A DNA stretch of 64,000 nt, from contig JAFUTV010000007.1 of NCBI GenBank assembly GCA_017484125.1, forward strand, positions 21,875-85,874, given 5' to 3'. The translations under genes and the position numbers were made by a program. Below, piece by piece: positions 39,779 to 50,118 of this stretch (within the stretch, counting starts at the first letter, position 1; each line of letters starts with the position of its first letter). This DNA is from Bacilli bacterium (GTDB lineage: Bacteria > Bacillota_I > Bacilli_A > RF39 > UBA660). Below the pieces are notes generated by a model, which was not told the origin of the DNA, did not search any database, and saw only the letters and a list, made by a program, of their open reading frames with translations.

Positions 39779-42328
39779 TTATTTATTATTCATCTTTATT
39801 AGTTCATCTAATATATTAATTGCATCTATTGGTCTTAAATTATTTATATCAATATTATTTAAATATTCTCTTAATTCTTTAGATATATGATCTTCAACTA
39901 CATTAACTTCATCAAAATTAAATGTTACTTGTTCATGAATGTTATTATTCATTTTATCATGAGATTCATATATTTTTAATATATTAGAAGCTCTAATAAG
40001 TAATTCTTCAGGCATTTTAGCAAGACGCGCTACATGAATTCCATAACTTTTATCAATAGGACCTTCTACAACTTTATGTAAGAATGTAACATTACCATTT
40101 TCTTCATGAGCTTCAACATGAATATTTTTTATCTCTTTCATATCTAAAGACAAAGAAGTTAATTCATGATAGTGAGTAGAAAATAATGTTTTACATCCAA
40201 TCTTTTTAGTTACATATTCTAAAATTGCTTGTGCTAAACTCATACCATCATATGTTGCTGTTCCTCTTCCAAGTTCATCAAATAATATTAAACTATTTTT
40301 AGTTGCATTTGAAATTGCATGCTGTGCTTCTTTCATTTCTACCATAAATGTTGATTCTCCGGAAACTAGATCATCACTTGCTCCAATTCTAGTAAATATT
40401 TTATCAATTATTGGAATAGATGCAGATTCTGCTGGAACAAAAGATCCCATTTGAGCCATAATAATAATTATAGCAAGTTGTCTCATAAAGGTAGATTTAC
40501 CAGACATATTTGGACCAGTAATTAATAAAGTATTAGTATTTTCATCCATTATGCAATCATTTGCTACATATGAATTATTAGAAACATATTCAATAACTGG
40601 ATGTCTTCCTTTTACTATAGCAATTTTATTTTCTTTTATAAGTTTAGGACGAACTAAATTTAATTCATCACTTACTACAGCAAGAGAAATAATTGCATCT
40701 AAATTTGCTAAAACTTCACTAACTTTTTTTAATGAAAATATTTCTTTTTTAACTATATTTTTAACTTCATTAAATAAATTATATTCTAAATCTATTATTT
40801 TATCTTCGGCATTTAATACAATTGCTTCTTGTTCTTTTAATTTTGGTGAAATAAATCTTTCAGCATTAGTTAATGTTTGACGTCTTTCCCATCCAAAATC
40901 TTCTCTTACTTGCTTGCTTTGAGCTTTAGATACTTCAATAAAATAGCCAAATACTTTATTATAACCTACTTTAATATTTTTTAATCCTGTTGTTTCTTTT
41001 ATTTCTTGTTCAAATTTGGCAATAAAATCTTTACCACCCGTTCTAATTGATTTTAATTCATCTAATTCACTATTATATCCTTCTTTAATTAGAAATCCTT
41101 CTTTTAATGTTAGAGGTGGATCTTCATAAATAGATTTATCTATTAAATCATATATTTCATGTAAATCATCAATTTCATAGTCAAAATTCAGTTTTTTTAT
41201 GTCTTTAATAATATTAGGTAAAACTTTTAAAGATGATTTAATTTGAAGCATATCACGAGCATTAATATTACCAGACACTAATTTACCGCATAATCTTTCT
41301 AAGTCATATACTTCATACAAATACTCTCTTAATTCATCTTTTATAATAAATTCACTACATAATTTTTCAATCATGTCATATCTTTTATTTAACTCATCAA
41401 TATCCTTTAAAGGATTTAGCATATAGTTTTTAAGTTTTCTTGATCCCATTGCTGTTTTACATTTATCCATTAACCAGATAAGTGAATATGTTCTTTCTTT
41501 TAATCTTAAAGTTTCAAATAATTCTAAATTTCTAATTGAATGAACATCCATTTCTAAATATTTATCTTTATTAATTACATTAACTTGTTCTATATGAGAT
41601 AAATCTTTCATACTAGTTATAGTAAGATAATAAAGTAAATGTTTTAATCCACTTATTTTCTTATCATCAAGATTATTAAATAAATATTCATAACCATCTT
41701 TTAAAAATTCTTTAGAATATGATATTTCTATACCATAAGTATTTTTTAAATCATTAACTAGTTCTACATCATCGCTATCAGTTAAAACTATTTCTTTAAT
41801 ATTTAAATTTAATACTTCATTAACTAATTTCTGCTTATCAAAAGATAATTCCAAGGAATTTAATTCACCGGTTGAAATATCAGCATAAGTTAGTAAATAT
41901 GATGAGCCAAAATTAAGAATTGAGGCAATATAATTGCTATCTTTAGGACTTATCATTTCAAGATCAGTTAGTGTCCCTTTAGAAATTACTTGAATAACTC
42001 CTCTTTTAACCATTTTATTAGTAGTTTTAGGATCCTCTAATTGCTCACATATTGCTACTTTAAATCCTTGATCAATTAATCTTTCAATATAAGGTTTAAC
42101 ACTATGATAAGGCACTCCACACATTGGTACTCTTTCACTTAATCCAGCATTCTTACCAGTTAATGTTAACTCTAAAGCACGAGAAGCTACTTCACCATCT
42201 TCAAAAAATAATTCATAAAAATCTCCAACACGATAAAAAAGAAGTTCATCAACATGTTCATCTTTTATATCCATATATTGTTGCATCATTGGACTTAATT
42301 CATTATAATTTACTTCGCTTCTTTTCAT
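39779..42328 (-). CDS. mutS: DNA mismatch repair protein MutS
   Basis: SPMMQQY, FYRVGDFYELF, ITGPNMSGKSTFMRQ, FTRIGASD, DELGRGT, SYGIHVA. Confidence 0.97.
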   Translation of the reverse strand: MKRSEVNYNELSPMMQQYMDIKDEHVDELLFYRVGDFYELFFEDGEVASRALELTLTGKNAGLSERVPMCGVPYHSVKPYIERLIDQGFKVAICEQLEDPKTTNKMVKRGVIQVISKGTLTDLEMISPKDSNYIASILNFGSSYLLTYADISTGELNSLELSFDKQKLVNEVLNLNIKEIVLTDSDDVELVNDLKNTYGIEISYSKEFLKDGYEYLFNNLDDKKISGLKHLLYYLTITSMKDLSHIEQVNVINKDKYLEMDVHSIRNLELFETLRLKERTYSLIWLMDKCKTAMGSRKLKNYMLNPLKDIDELNKRYDMIEKLCSEFIIKDELREYLYEVYDLERLCGKLVSGNINARDMLQIKSSLKVLPNIIKDIKKLNFDYEIDDLHEIYDLIDKSIYEDPPLTLKEGFLIKEGYNSELDELKSIRTGGKDFIAKFEQEIKETTGLKNIKVGYNKVFGYFIEVSKAQSKQVREDFGWERRQTLTNAERFISPKLKEQEAIVLNAEDKIIDLEYNLFNEVKNIVKKEIFSLKKVSEVLANLDAIISLAVVSDELNLVRPKLIKENKIAIVKGRHPVIEYVSNNSYVANDCIMDENTNTLLITGPNMSGKSTFMRQLAIIIIMAQMGSFVPAESASIPIIDKIFTRIGASDDLVSGESTFMVEMKEAQHAISNATKNSLILFDELGRGTATYDGMSLAQAILEYVTKKIGCKTLFSTHYHELTSLSLDMKEIKNIHVEAHEENGNVTFLHKVVEGPIDKSYGIHVARLAKMPEELLIRASNILKIYESHDKMNNNIHEQVTFNFDEVNVVEDHISKELREYLNNIDINNLRPIDAINILDELIKMNNK

Positions 42329-42421
42329 GATTTTTACTCCTCATAAGAGTTATTATAGCACATTTTTATCTTTTTCAACTTAATTTTATATAATAAAAAA
42401 ATCATTTGCTTAAACAAATGA

Positions 42422-42844
42422 TTATTTATTATTTTGTAGCATAGAAAGTAAATCTACTTTAAACATATCCTTTGCTGAATTATTTTTAGAAATCATAACT
42501 CCTTTGTATGCAGTTAATTCTGAATTATGACCTTCAATTAATATATCTTCTGGAGAAATAGTTTCAAGCATTACAATTTCTTCTTTTTCATATATAGTAT
42601 AATGTAATTTAATTTCTCCATGAATTTGAGCAAATGTCTTATCACTTGGTAATTTAAGTTCATAAGATTTAGTATGTTTAGTTTTGTTTTGAGAAATTAA
42701 CTCACCAACTGCTTGACCACTTCTTAGTGCTGGATAGTAAGTAAAGTTTAATTTCTTATAAGCAATCATATTATATTTTTTTAATGCTCTTTCTAACTTT
42801 CTAAATTCGTTTTCATTAACGTAATCTAAAACGTATCCTTTCAT
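42422..42844 (-). CDS. hypothetical protein, 140 aa
   Basis: ORF with GGGGG RBS, promoter-like upstream region and a terminator hairpin downstream. Confidence 0.7.
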   Translation of the reverse strand: MKGYVLDYVNENEFRKLERALKKYNMIAYKKLNFTYYPALRSGQAVGELISQNKTKHTKSYELKLPSDKTFAQIHGEIKLHYTIYEKEEIVMLETISPEDILIEGHNSELTAYKGVMISKNNSAKDMFKVDLLSMLQNNK

Positions 42845-42901
42845 AAAACCAATCCCCCTATTTCATTGACGGTATAATTGTAACATAAAATATAAAAAAT
42901 G

Positions 42902-43183
42902 TCAACTTTTTGTGACATTTTTGATACTAATTATCGTTTGACCATCATTTACAGGATCAATATTATATGAATCTACATACTTATTTTTACTAAGTATTTC
43001 TTGAACTTTCTTTTTTAATACATTACCACTTCTTCCATGAATAACCACAATCTTTTTATTTTGAATTAAATAATTATCTTTAATGAATGTTTCTAAAAGA
43101 AAGGATGCAGAATCAGCAGTTTCACCATGCAAATCTAAATGTGGAAGCAAAACAGTAAATGGATCAACTGGCTTTTTCTTCAT
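42902..43183 (-). CDS. stand-alone Smr domain protein
   Basis: LDLHG, VVIHGRSG.VLK, NDGQTI. Start moved to ATG 43183. Confidence 0.85.
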   Translation of the reverse strand: MKKKPVDPFTVLLPHLDLHGETADSASFLLETFIKDNYLIQNKKIVVIHGRSGNVLKKKVQEILSKNKYVDSYNIDPVNDGQTIISIKNVTKS

Positions 43184-44072
43184 ATATTTTCTCAACATCT
43201 TGAAGTTTAGGAATAGATGTTCTTGCTCCAATTACTTGAGTAGAAAGTCCTGCAGCAATATTTGCAAATCGAACAGCTTGTTCAACATTCCATCCTTTTA
43301 TTAAAGAATAAGCAAACGCACCATGAAATACATCTCCCGCTCCAGTTGTATCAACTGCTTTAACCATTAGTGCTGGAGAAACTTTAATTTGGTTATCTAC
43401 TTGATATAATGCACCATGTTCAGATAATGTTACTACGATATTTTGATGATCTAATTTTTTCCTTAAAACATCATATAAATTAACTAAAGTAGCGGTATTA
43501 TTAAAATCCACTTTTATATTAGTCATTTTTTCTGCAAAATCTTTAGTACATACAACATATTGACAAAGTTTTGCAGAGTCAATTACTTCTTGAGCATATC
43601 TTGATGCATCACATATAGTAATGGCTTTTGGAAATCTTTCAATTGTAGATTTGGCAGCATATGAATCATGGCCATCAACTATAATATAATCTGGTTGAAA
43701 ATCAAAATCAAATTTACGCAATTTAACATATTCATCACAGTAATTAAACAATGTTGATGAAGCAGTTTTAGTATTTACAATAGTAAAGGATACATTAGTA
43801 TCTTTATCATAAGTTGTTTCAATATATCTTGTATCAACGCCAACGCTTTCTAACTCTTTTTGAATACGATTACCATACATATCATTTCCTATAGTACCAG
43901 CAAAAGTAGAACTTACACCCCATTTTGCTAGCATATAAGCAACATTTGATGCATCTCCACCACCACATCCAATTTTATTTACAAATCGTTCATAGACATT
44001 TTCTTTTGGAAATTCCTCAACTTGAACATATATATCATATGAAGCATGACCAATACTTAACGTTTTTATCAC
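43164..44072 (-). CDS. PfkB family carbohydrate kinase
   Basis: GGGDASNVA, AVDTTGAGDVFHGAF. Confidence 0.92.
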   Translation of the reverse strand: MIKTLSIGHASYDIYVQVEEFPKENVYERFVNKIGCGGGDASNVAYMLAKWGVSSTFAGTIGNDMYGNRIQKELESVGVDTRYIETTYDKDTNVSFTIVNTKTASSTLFNYCDEYVKLRKFDFDFQPDYIIVDGHDSYAAKSTIERFPKAITICDASRYAQEVIDSAKLCQYVVCTKDFAEKMTNIKVDFNNTATLVNLYDVLRKKLDHQNIVVTLSEHGALYQVDNQIKVSPALMVKAVDTTGAGDVFHGAFAYSLIKGWNVEQAVRFANIAAGLSTQVIGARTSIPKLQDVEKIYEEKAS

Positions 44073-44175
44073 TTTTCATCACCCTTTATTATAAATAAAT
44101 TATACAATATTTTTTAAATAAAAAAAAGCATAAACTATAGTTTATAGCATTTTTTATGTATATTATATTTTTAAA

Positions 44176-44607
44176 TTATGAAGTAATAAACTTTACTAAA
44201 ATATTTTTATTACCCAAATCAGGTAAATTATTAATATGTCCTATTTTTGTATAAGAATAAGATGTATCAAAAGATTTATAAAATATAACTAAACAATCAT
44301 TTTGATAAATCATTACATCACCAGCGTTTATATGATTTATTTTTATAGGATTTGTTTTTAAAGTATTATCTAAATATATATACTTTTCGTTATTATTTAA
44401 TTCATTCATATCAAATTCTTTAGGAAGTAATTTTAAAAATTCCTTTGATGTTTCATTATTTTCCATTATAAAATCATAACTATTATCATTAATAATTACC
44501 CTAATATTTTCCATATAATTATCTTCCTTTTCTATATTTGGTATATCATTATTTTTACATGCACTAACGCATAGTAATAAAAATATGACTAATATTATTT
44601 TTTTCAT
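44176..44607 (-). CDS. cyclophilin-like fold lipoprotein
   Basis: Lipobox VSAC; LNNNEKY, GDVMIY..DCLVIFYKSF.TSYSYTKIG. Confidence 0.75.
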   Translation of the reverse strand: MKKIILVIFLLLCVSACKNNDIPNIEKEDNYMENIRVIINDNSYDFIMENNETSKEFLKLLPKEFDMNELNNNEKYIYLDNTLKTNPIKINHINAGDVMIYQNDCLVIFYKSFDTSYSYTKIGHINNLPDLGNKNILVKFITS

Positions 44608-44614
44608 ATGTTTA

Positions 44615-45406
44615 CTAATTAATATTATTCATTTTTTTATTAATATATCTAATTGCCCATATAGAATTAATTTTATATAGTAATTTTAAAAATTTTGAAT
44701 CACTACCTAAGAATATTTTGAATTTATTTTTCTTGATTCCTTCAATTATTATACTTGCTCCAACTTCTGGACTTAACATTTTAAATGATGTGTTTTCCTC
44801 TGTAGTTGCAACTTCAACATTAGAGTTTTTAGTGATATTAGTAGCCATAGCACCAGGTAAAACTATCATAACTCTTACATTAGTTTTTTCAAGTTCAGCA
44901 AATAATCCTTCAGTAAATAATTTTAAAGCAGCTTTAGATGCACCATATATTGTTTGACCTGGAAAAGGAAAGAAACCACCCATACTAGATACATTAACAA
45001 TATATTGTTCTTTTCTATCTTTAGTTAAATCTTCCATAAATAATCTTATTAAATTAAGTGGTCCAAAAAAATTAACATTCATTGTTTTGTTAATTACTTC
45101 ATCTGATAATTCACCCACTTTAACAAATGGTTGAATAATACCAGCATTATTAATAATAATATCTACGTCACTATAATCTTTTTTATAATCTTCTCTAAAC
45201 TTTTTAATTGATTCAACACTTCCCATATCAACTTTATAAGTTTTAAGTCGTTTTGAATTTAATTCTAGTTCTAGTTTTTTTAAATTTTCTTCATTAATAT
45301 CAACTGCAGCAACATTTGCACCTTCATTTAATAATTGTTTTGTTAATTCTAATCCAAGTCCACTAGCGGCACCTGTTACTATAGCATTTTGTCTTTTTAT
45401 TTCCAT
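44615..45406 (-). CDS. short-chain dehydrogenase/reductase
   Basis: TGAASGLG, NNAGI, YGASKAA. Confidence 0.92.
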   Translation of the reverse strand: MEIKRQNAIVTGAASGLGLELTKQLLNEGANVAAVDINEENLKKLELELNSKRLKTYKVDMGSVESIKKFREDYKKDYSDVDIIINNAGIIQPFVKVGELSDEVINKTMNVNFFGPLNLIRLFMEDLTKDRKEQYIVNVSSMGGFFPFPGQTIYGASKAALKLFTEGLFAELEKTNVRVMIVLPGAMATNITKNSNVEVATTEENTSFKMLSPEVGASIIIEGIKKNKFKIFLGSDSKFLKLLYKINSIWAIRYINKKMNNIN

Positions 45407-45506
45407 AATTTTTCCTCCTACTATATTAATTACTTATATTTTATCATAAATAAAAGATTTTGCATAGTATTAATAATAAATAATTATAATCTTAGTGTTT
45501 TTAATG

Positions 45507-46298
45507 TTAAAGTATTGACAAATATAATTTTTCTAGTGCTTTAGCAACACCATCATTATTATTTGATTCAGTTATTATATCTGCTTTATTTTTTAAATCC
45601 TCTATGGCATTAGATACGGCTATCGATATTTTTGATTGATTAAACATCGGTATATCATTATAATCATTTCCTATTGAAATAATATTTTCATTAGATATAT
45701 TAAAATAGTTACAAAACTCTTTAATACTTTCTCCTTTTGAAGTTCCTTTTTTCACAATACTAAACCATGAACCTTGTTCTTCTAAAATGGTGTTTTTATT
45801 AGTTATTTCAACATCATCATATACACTAATTACATCTCTTAATATTTTTAAATCTTTGTTTTGTGCAATTATCATAGCTTGTTTTGTATTATGATTATTA
45901 ATAAAAGAATTGTAATTTTTAGGTATATATTTTTGATAATAATTATATTTTTTTCCAATAATATATTCAATATTATCAATTGCTAAAGTTATTTTTGCAT
46001 TTCTATTTTTAATTTCATGAAGAATATCTACTATAACACTTTTTGATATTAATGAAGAATAGATAACTTTATTTTCTTTATAATCATATATTTCAGCACC
46101 ATTTGACGAAATCACATATGAACTTGCTCCAATTTCTTTTGATATTTTTTCTGCATATATTCTAGTACGTCCTGTACAAAGTACTACTTTATGTCCCAAA
46201 TCTATAATGTTATGAATTATGTTTTTAGTTCTATTACTTACTATATTGTTATCATTTAATAATGTTCCATCAATATCAATAAATATAGCGTATTTCAT
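45507..46298 (-). CDS. Cof-type HAD-IIB hydrolase
   Basis: DIDGTL, TGR, SNGA, SKG, GNDYND..MF. Confidence 0.9.
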   Translation of the reverse strand: MKYAIFIDIDGTLLNDNNIVSNRTKNIIHNIIDLGHKVVLCTGRTRIYAEKISKEIGASSYVISSNGAEIYDYKENKVIYSSLISKSVIVDILHEIKNRNAKITLAIDNIEYIIGKKYNYYQKYIPKNYNSFINNHNTKQAMIIAQNKDLKILRDVISVYDDVEITNKNTILEEQGSWFSIVKKGTSKGESIKEFCNYFNISNENIISIGNDYNDIPMFNQSKISIAVSNAIEDLKNKADIITESNNNDGVAKALEKLYLSIL

Positions 46299-46302
46299 AT
46301 AA

Positions 46303-47262
46303 TCACTTCCCTAAATATATTTTGAGAGCATTTTTATCCATCATTTCAATAAACTCTTTTCTTATTTTTTTCATAAATAAAATATTATCTATTGTCTCTT
46401 GTAAATTCAAATCCAAATTTTTACATACTTTTGGTAATATTTTTAATAACATAGCCCTATTTATTTCATCATATGAATATTGAAATAGTTCTTTTTCTTT
46501 ATCAATATAAATTTCAATTTTTTCTTTTACTGGTAAAATGGTTAAACTCATTCTTTTTGCAATATCTAACGAAAAATTAGTTGCTCTATAACCAGATATA
46601 TATTTATAAATATGCGGAATTAATAATTTTATAGGATTAATAGTATAATATTTAATATCAAATTCCTGATAAACTTGATGAGGATTAGGGTTATAGGAAT
46701 ATTTATTAATTCCATCTAATAATAAATAAAATGGATATTTTTTATTATTAGTTTTACCGATTTTAATTTTTAGATTATCATCTTTTTCATTATATACATC
46801 ATCAAATAAATATATAGGCTTATCTATTTTCAAACCTGGTTCTAAAATTATTAAACACTTTTTCTTATTTATAATTGTAGGAATAAATATACTTGTATGT
46901 GATTCCTTAATTAATGCATCAGCTTTTAAAGTTGTAAAATTAATTGATTTATATGATACATAATATCCAAAAATTCCTTCTTTTAATAATAATTCTGTTA
47001 ATATTTTTGATTGATATATACAATTAAATCTTATTTGATTTGCTTCTTCATCTGTTATACTATTCATTGCATTTTCTAAATTTCCATTATAATATTTTCT
47101 TAAATACGTTATACAATCTATTGTACTTATTGAGTAATTATTAATTACTTTTTTTAGCGATTGCTTCATATATTTTAATTGTTTGGGTGAATACTTAATA
47201 AACATTTTATTTGTAAATTTGTACTTACATATGTAAGACATATTTTTTCTTATAATCTTCAT
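46303..47262 (-). CDS. hypothetical protein, 319 aa, with NAT/transglutaminase-like Cys-His-Glu pattern
   Basis: FNC81IYQS, SH122TSIFI, IILE141PG spaced like papain-fold acyltransferase triads; by eye. Confidence 0.5.
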   Translation of the reverse strand: MKIIRKNMSYICKYKFTNKMFIKYSPKQLKYMKQSLKKVINNYSISTIDCITYLRKYYNGNLENAMNSITDEEANQIRFNCIYQSKILTELLLKEGIFGYYVSYKSINFTTLKADALIKESHTSIFIPTIINKKKCLIILEPGLKIDKPIYLFDDVYNEKDDNLKIKIGKTNNKKYPFYLLLDGINKYSYNPNPHQVYQEFDIKYYTINPIKLLIPHIYKYISGYRATNFSLDIAKRMSLTILPVKEKIEIYIDKEKELFQYSYDEINRAMLLKILPKVCKNLDLNLQETIDNILFMKKIRKEFIEMMDKNALKIYLGK

Positions 47263-47983
47263 TTACTTTTTCTTCCAATGATACTTTTTTTAATTGCTCT
47301 TCCAATTGTTTAAAACTAAAATTGGAATTTAAGTATTCACGCATTATTTTTATACATTTTCCATATTCGTGTTGGCTATTAAAATCTAATTTTATATTTA
47401 ATTCTTCTTTAAATAAATTATCTAATTCATAAGAAAATAATAATAATTCTTCTTTATTCACGGCATTGGATAATGTTTTTAAAATGTAATAATATATTCC
47501 TAATAGAGTAACATTACTATCCAAATAAGTATCAATATAATCTTTTAATATTTCTTCTTTTGAACATCTTATTTTATCTTTATAAATACTTGGTACAAAA
47601 TCAATATAATATAATTCATTATTATGATAAATAAAGTTCTTTAAATTCCAGTCTAAACACAAATTTTCATTATTAGATATTTTTTTATATATTATGAATA
47701 ATTGTTTTAAAGCAGTTAATTTTTCAGGAGAATTATTTTTTAAAATTTGATCAATTGTCATTCCAGAAATGTAATTTTCAATAATTATATTAGTTTTATT
47801 AATACTAAATTCAGACAATACATTAGCAGTTTTTACGCCACAGTCATTAATATCTTTCATATACTCTTTTGCGCTTTTTGAAGACATTTCCTCTAATATT
47901 AATTTAGACAATCCCAAATCTTTAGAATACTTTATTATTAGATTAAATATTTTTTTATTATGATTAAATGTTCCACTTTCCAT
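47225..47983 (-). CDS. kinase-fold protein, 252 aa
   Basis: IIENYISG hinge, LDWNLKNF catalytic loop, YYIDF metal-binding motif. Confidence 0.65.
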   Translation of the reverse strand: MESGTFNHNKKIFNLIIKYSKDLGLSKLILEEMSSKSAKEYMKDINDCGVKTANVLSEFSINKTNIIIENYISGMTIDQILKNNSPEKLTALKQLFIIYKKISNNENLCLDWNLKNFIYHNNELYYIDFVPSIYKDKIRCSKEEILKDYIDTYLDSNVTLLGIYYYILKTLSNAVNKEELLLFSYELDNLFKEELNIKLDFNSQHEYGKCIKIMREYLNSNFSFKQLEEQLKKVSLEEKVNEDYKKKYVLHM

Positions 47984-48830
47984 TTTTTATCACCTCAACA
48001 TATTCTAATAAGTATTTCAAATTATTATTATAATAATTTGTATTTATTTGATTATTTTTATTACACCACTCTATAGATATAATGGAATCAAATAATCTAT
48101 AAAATTCCAATCTATCATAAAAATAATCATCTATTGATCTTTTATTCTTGTATCCATTTAAAAATATTTTAAAATTTTTTTTATTTAATATCCTACTTAA
48201 TTTAACAAAATCAAATATATAATCACCGCATTTAACACTTTCCATATCAATTAATCCAACTTGATTATTGCCAAATATTGTATTTCCTATTCTAAAATCT
48301 GTATGAATAATGCAATTTTCATAATTATTTATAATATTTTTTTCTAAATATTTTTTCATAAATGATATTATCATTTGACTATCATTAGATATTACCTTAT
48401 TAATAGAATTAATCGATAAATTAATACTCTTATTTATGTATGTGATCCAACTATCGTTTTGATCTAATAGTTTACAATTATGCAATTTAGCAAGAAGCAT
48501 ACCAAGTTTTCTTAAATCATTTCTAGAAAAATTATTTCCTTCATCATCAAATCTATTATTACCTTCAAAATATGTAATAATATTGTAATAATAATTATTG
48601 TATTTACCGCTATATAATACTTTGGACGTTGGCAAAAAATTATACAAATGATTATAATACTTTTTTTCATTTTCTATTTTTTCTTTATTAATAGATGATT
48701 TAAAAACATACTTATCTTCATTTGTAGATACTATATAAACATCTGAAGAAAATGAATTATTTGCTTTATTTAATTCTTTTATTTCTATTTTATAGTTTTT
48801 AAATATTTCTTTAATACTATCCTTATTCAT
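47964..48830 (-). CDS. aminoglycoside/choline phosphotransferase-family kinase
   Basis: NSFSSDVY, YVFK, IHTDFRIGN, GLIDME, DFVKL. Confidence 0.82.
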   Translation of the reverse strand: MNKDSIKEIFKNYKIEIKELNKANNSFSSDVYIVSTNEDKYVFKSSINKEKIENEKKYYNHLYNFLPTSKVLYSGKYNNYYYNIITYFEGNNRFDDEGNNFSRNDLRKLGMLLAKLHNCKLLDQNDSWITYINKSINLSINSINKVISNDSQMIISFMKKYLEKNIINNYENCIIHTDFRIGNTIFGNNQVGLIDMESVKCGDYIFDFVKLSRILNKKNFKIFLNGYKNKRSIDDYFYDRLEFYRLFDSIISIEWCNKNNQINTNYYNNNLKYLLEYVEVIKNGKWNI

Positions 48831-48834
48831 TATG

Positions 48835-50118
48835 TTACCTTTCAGTTTTTTTATAAACTATATCTTTCTTAGTTATTTTACTTAATAGTAGCTTTTTAAA
48901 ATACATTAGGAAACCTATTGGTCTAAAAACAAACCATATTGGTGAAATTATAAATGCCAAAAACGAATTAATTTTTTTGTCTTTTATTTTATTAATCTTG
49001 ATTATTATATATGATGCTATACACCATAAATATGGAATTGAAAAACATAAGTAAAAAGTAAAATTTAAATTTTTTGTTACTATTGAATATATGTAATAAA
49101 CTACTAACATCCACGGTATAATAGTAAATACTATTATATTTCCAGTTCCAGCTGTAAACATTTTTATCTTTCCCCATAAATGTTTTTTAGTATTTTTTAT
49201 TTCTGTTAAATAGGTGGATATTCCTTTAAATATTAAAGTTGCACTATTACAATAATCTAATAATTTATTTGGAATTAATGAATAATTATAAGTTGGTAAA
49301 TACGCAAACCTATTTCCTTTAATTGACATTCTATATCCTAGTGTTAAATCATCTACAAATATAGGAAAATAATCATTTTCTAATAATGTGGACATTTTTA
49401 AATGCATACATGCTCCCATACAATATTGTGGTATTTTTAAATTAGATAATGATGATAATAAAAGTTTGAATTTTTCTATACTACATGAACGTATTAAATG
49501 ATGCATGGCATATAAAAGCATAATGATTTTATTTTTGGAACACTCATAATAATTTTTAATACATAAAGGAACTTGATTAATTGCATCGGGGTTATTTTTT
49601 AATAATGATACTTTATTTAACATGTCAAATGTATTTAGTTCTGGTTGAGAATCAAAATCAAATACTGAAATATATGTTTTTTTACTATCAGGTTTATAGT
49701 TTTTTTGAATTAATTTTATTGCAAAATTCATTTGTGATGATTTATTACCATGAATTTTAGGGTAATGATAATGAATAAATCTCTCATCTTTTATTTGTTT
49801 TAAATACTTATTAACCACTTGATTTGTTGTTGGAGTTTTAATTTTTTTATTTTTATATTCCATTTCTTCTTTTTGAGTAGTAATAATTACAAACTTTATT
49901 TTTCCTTTATATTGTACTTGTTTAAACCAGTCAATGGTAGATGTTACTATTTTTTGTTCCTTTAGTGCTGGCAATAATACATAAATATCTTTATATTCTT
50001 TAGGAATTATATTAAGTTTATTTTTATAAATTTTTTCTAACAAAATAGTAATTAAAGTTAATAAAAATCCAAAAAAATATATTATTCCTATTATTAAAAA
50101 TATACTATTCATAATCAT
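48835..50118 (-). CDS. GT2 glycosyltransferase with N- and C-terminal TMs
   Basis: LLPALKE, GNKSSQMN, FDFDS (DxD), VDDLTLG; three C-terminal TMs. Confidence 0.8.
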   Translation of the reverse strand: MIMNSIFLIIGIIYFFGFLLTLITILLEKIYKNKLNIIPKEYKDIYVLLPALKEQKIVTSTIDWFKQVQYKGKIKFVIITTQKEEMEYKNKKIKTPTTNQVVNKYLKQIKDERFIHYHYPKIHGNKSSQMNFAIKLIQKNYKPDSKKTYISVFDFDSQPELNTFDMLNKVSLLKNNPDAINQVPLCIKNYYECSKNKIIMLLYAMHHLIRSCSIEKFKLLLSSLSNLKIPQYCMGACMHLKMSTLLENDYFPIFVDDLTLGYRMSIKGNRFAYLPTYNYSLIPNKLLDYCNSATLIFKGISTYLTEIKNTKKHLWGKIKMFTAGTGNIIVFTIIPWMLVVYYIYSIVTKNLNFTFYLCFSIPYLWCIASYIIIKINKIKDKKINSFLAFIISPIWFVFRPIGFLMYFKKLLLSKITKKDIVYKKTER

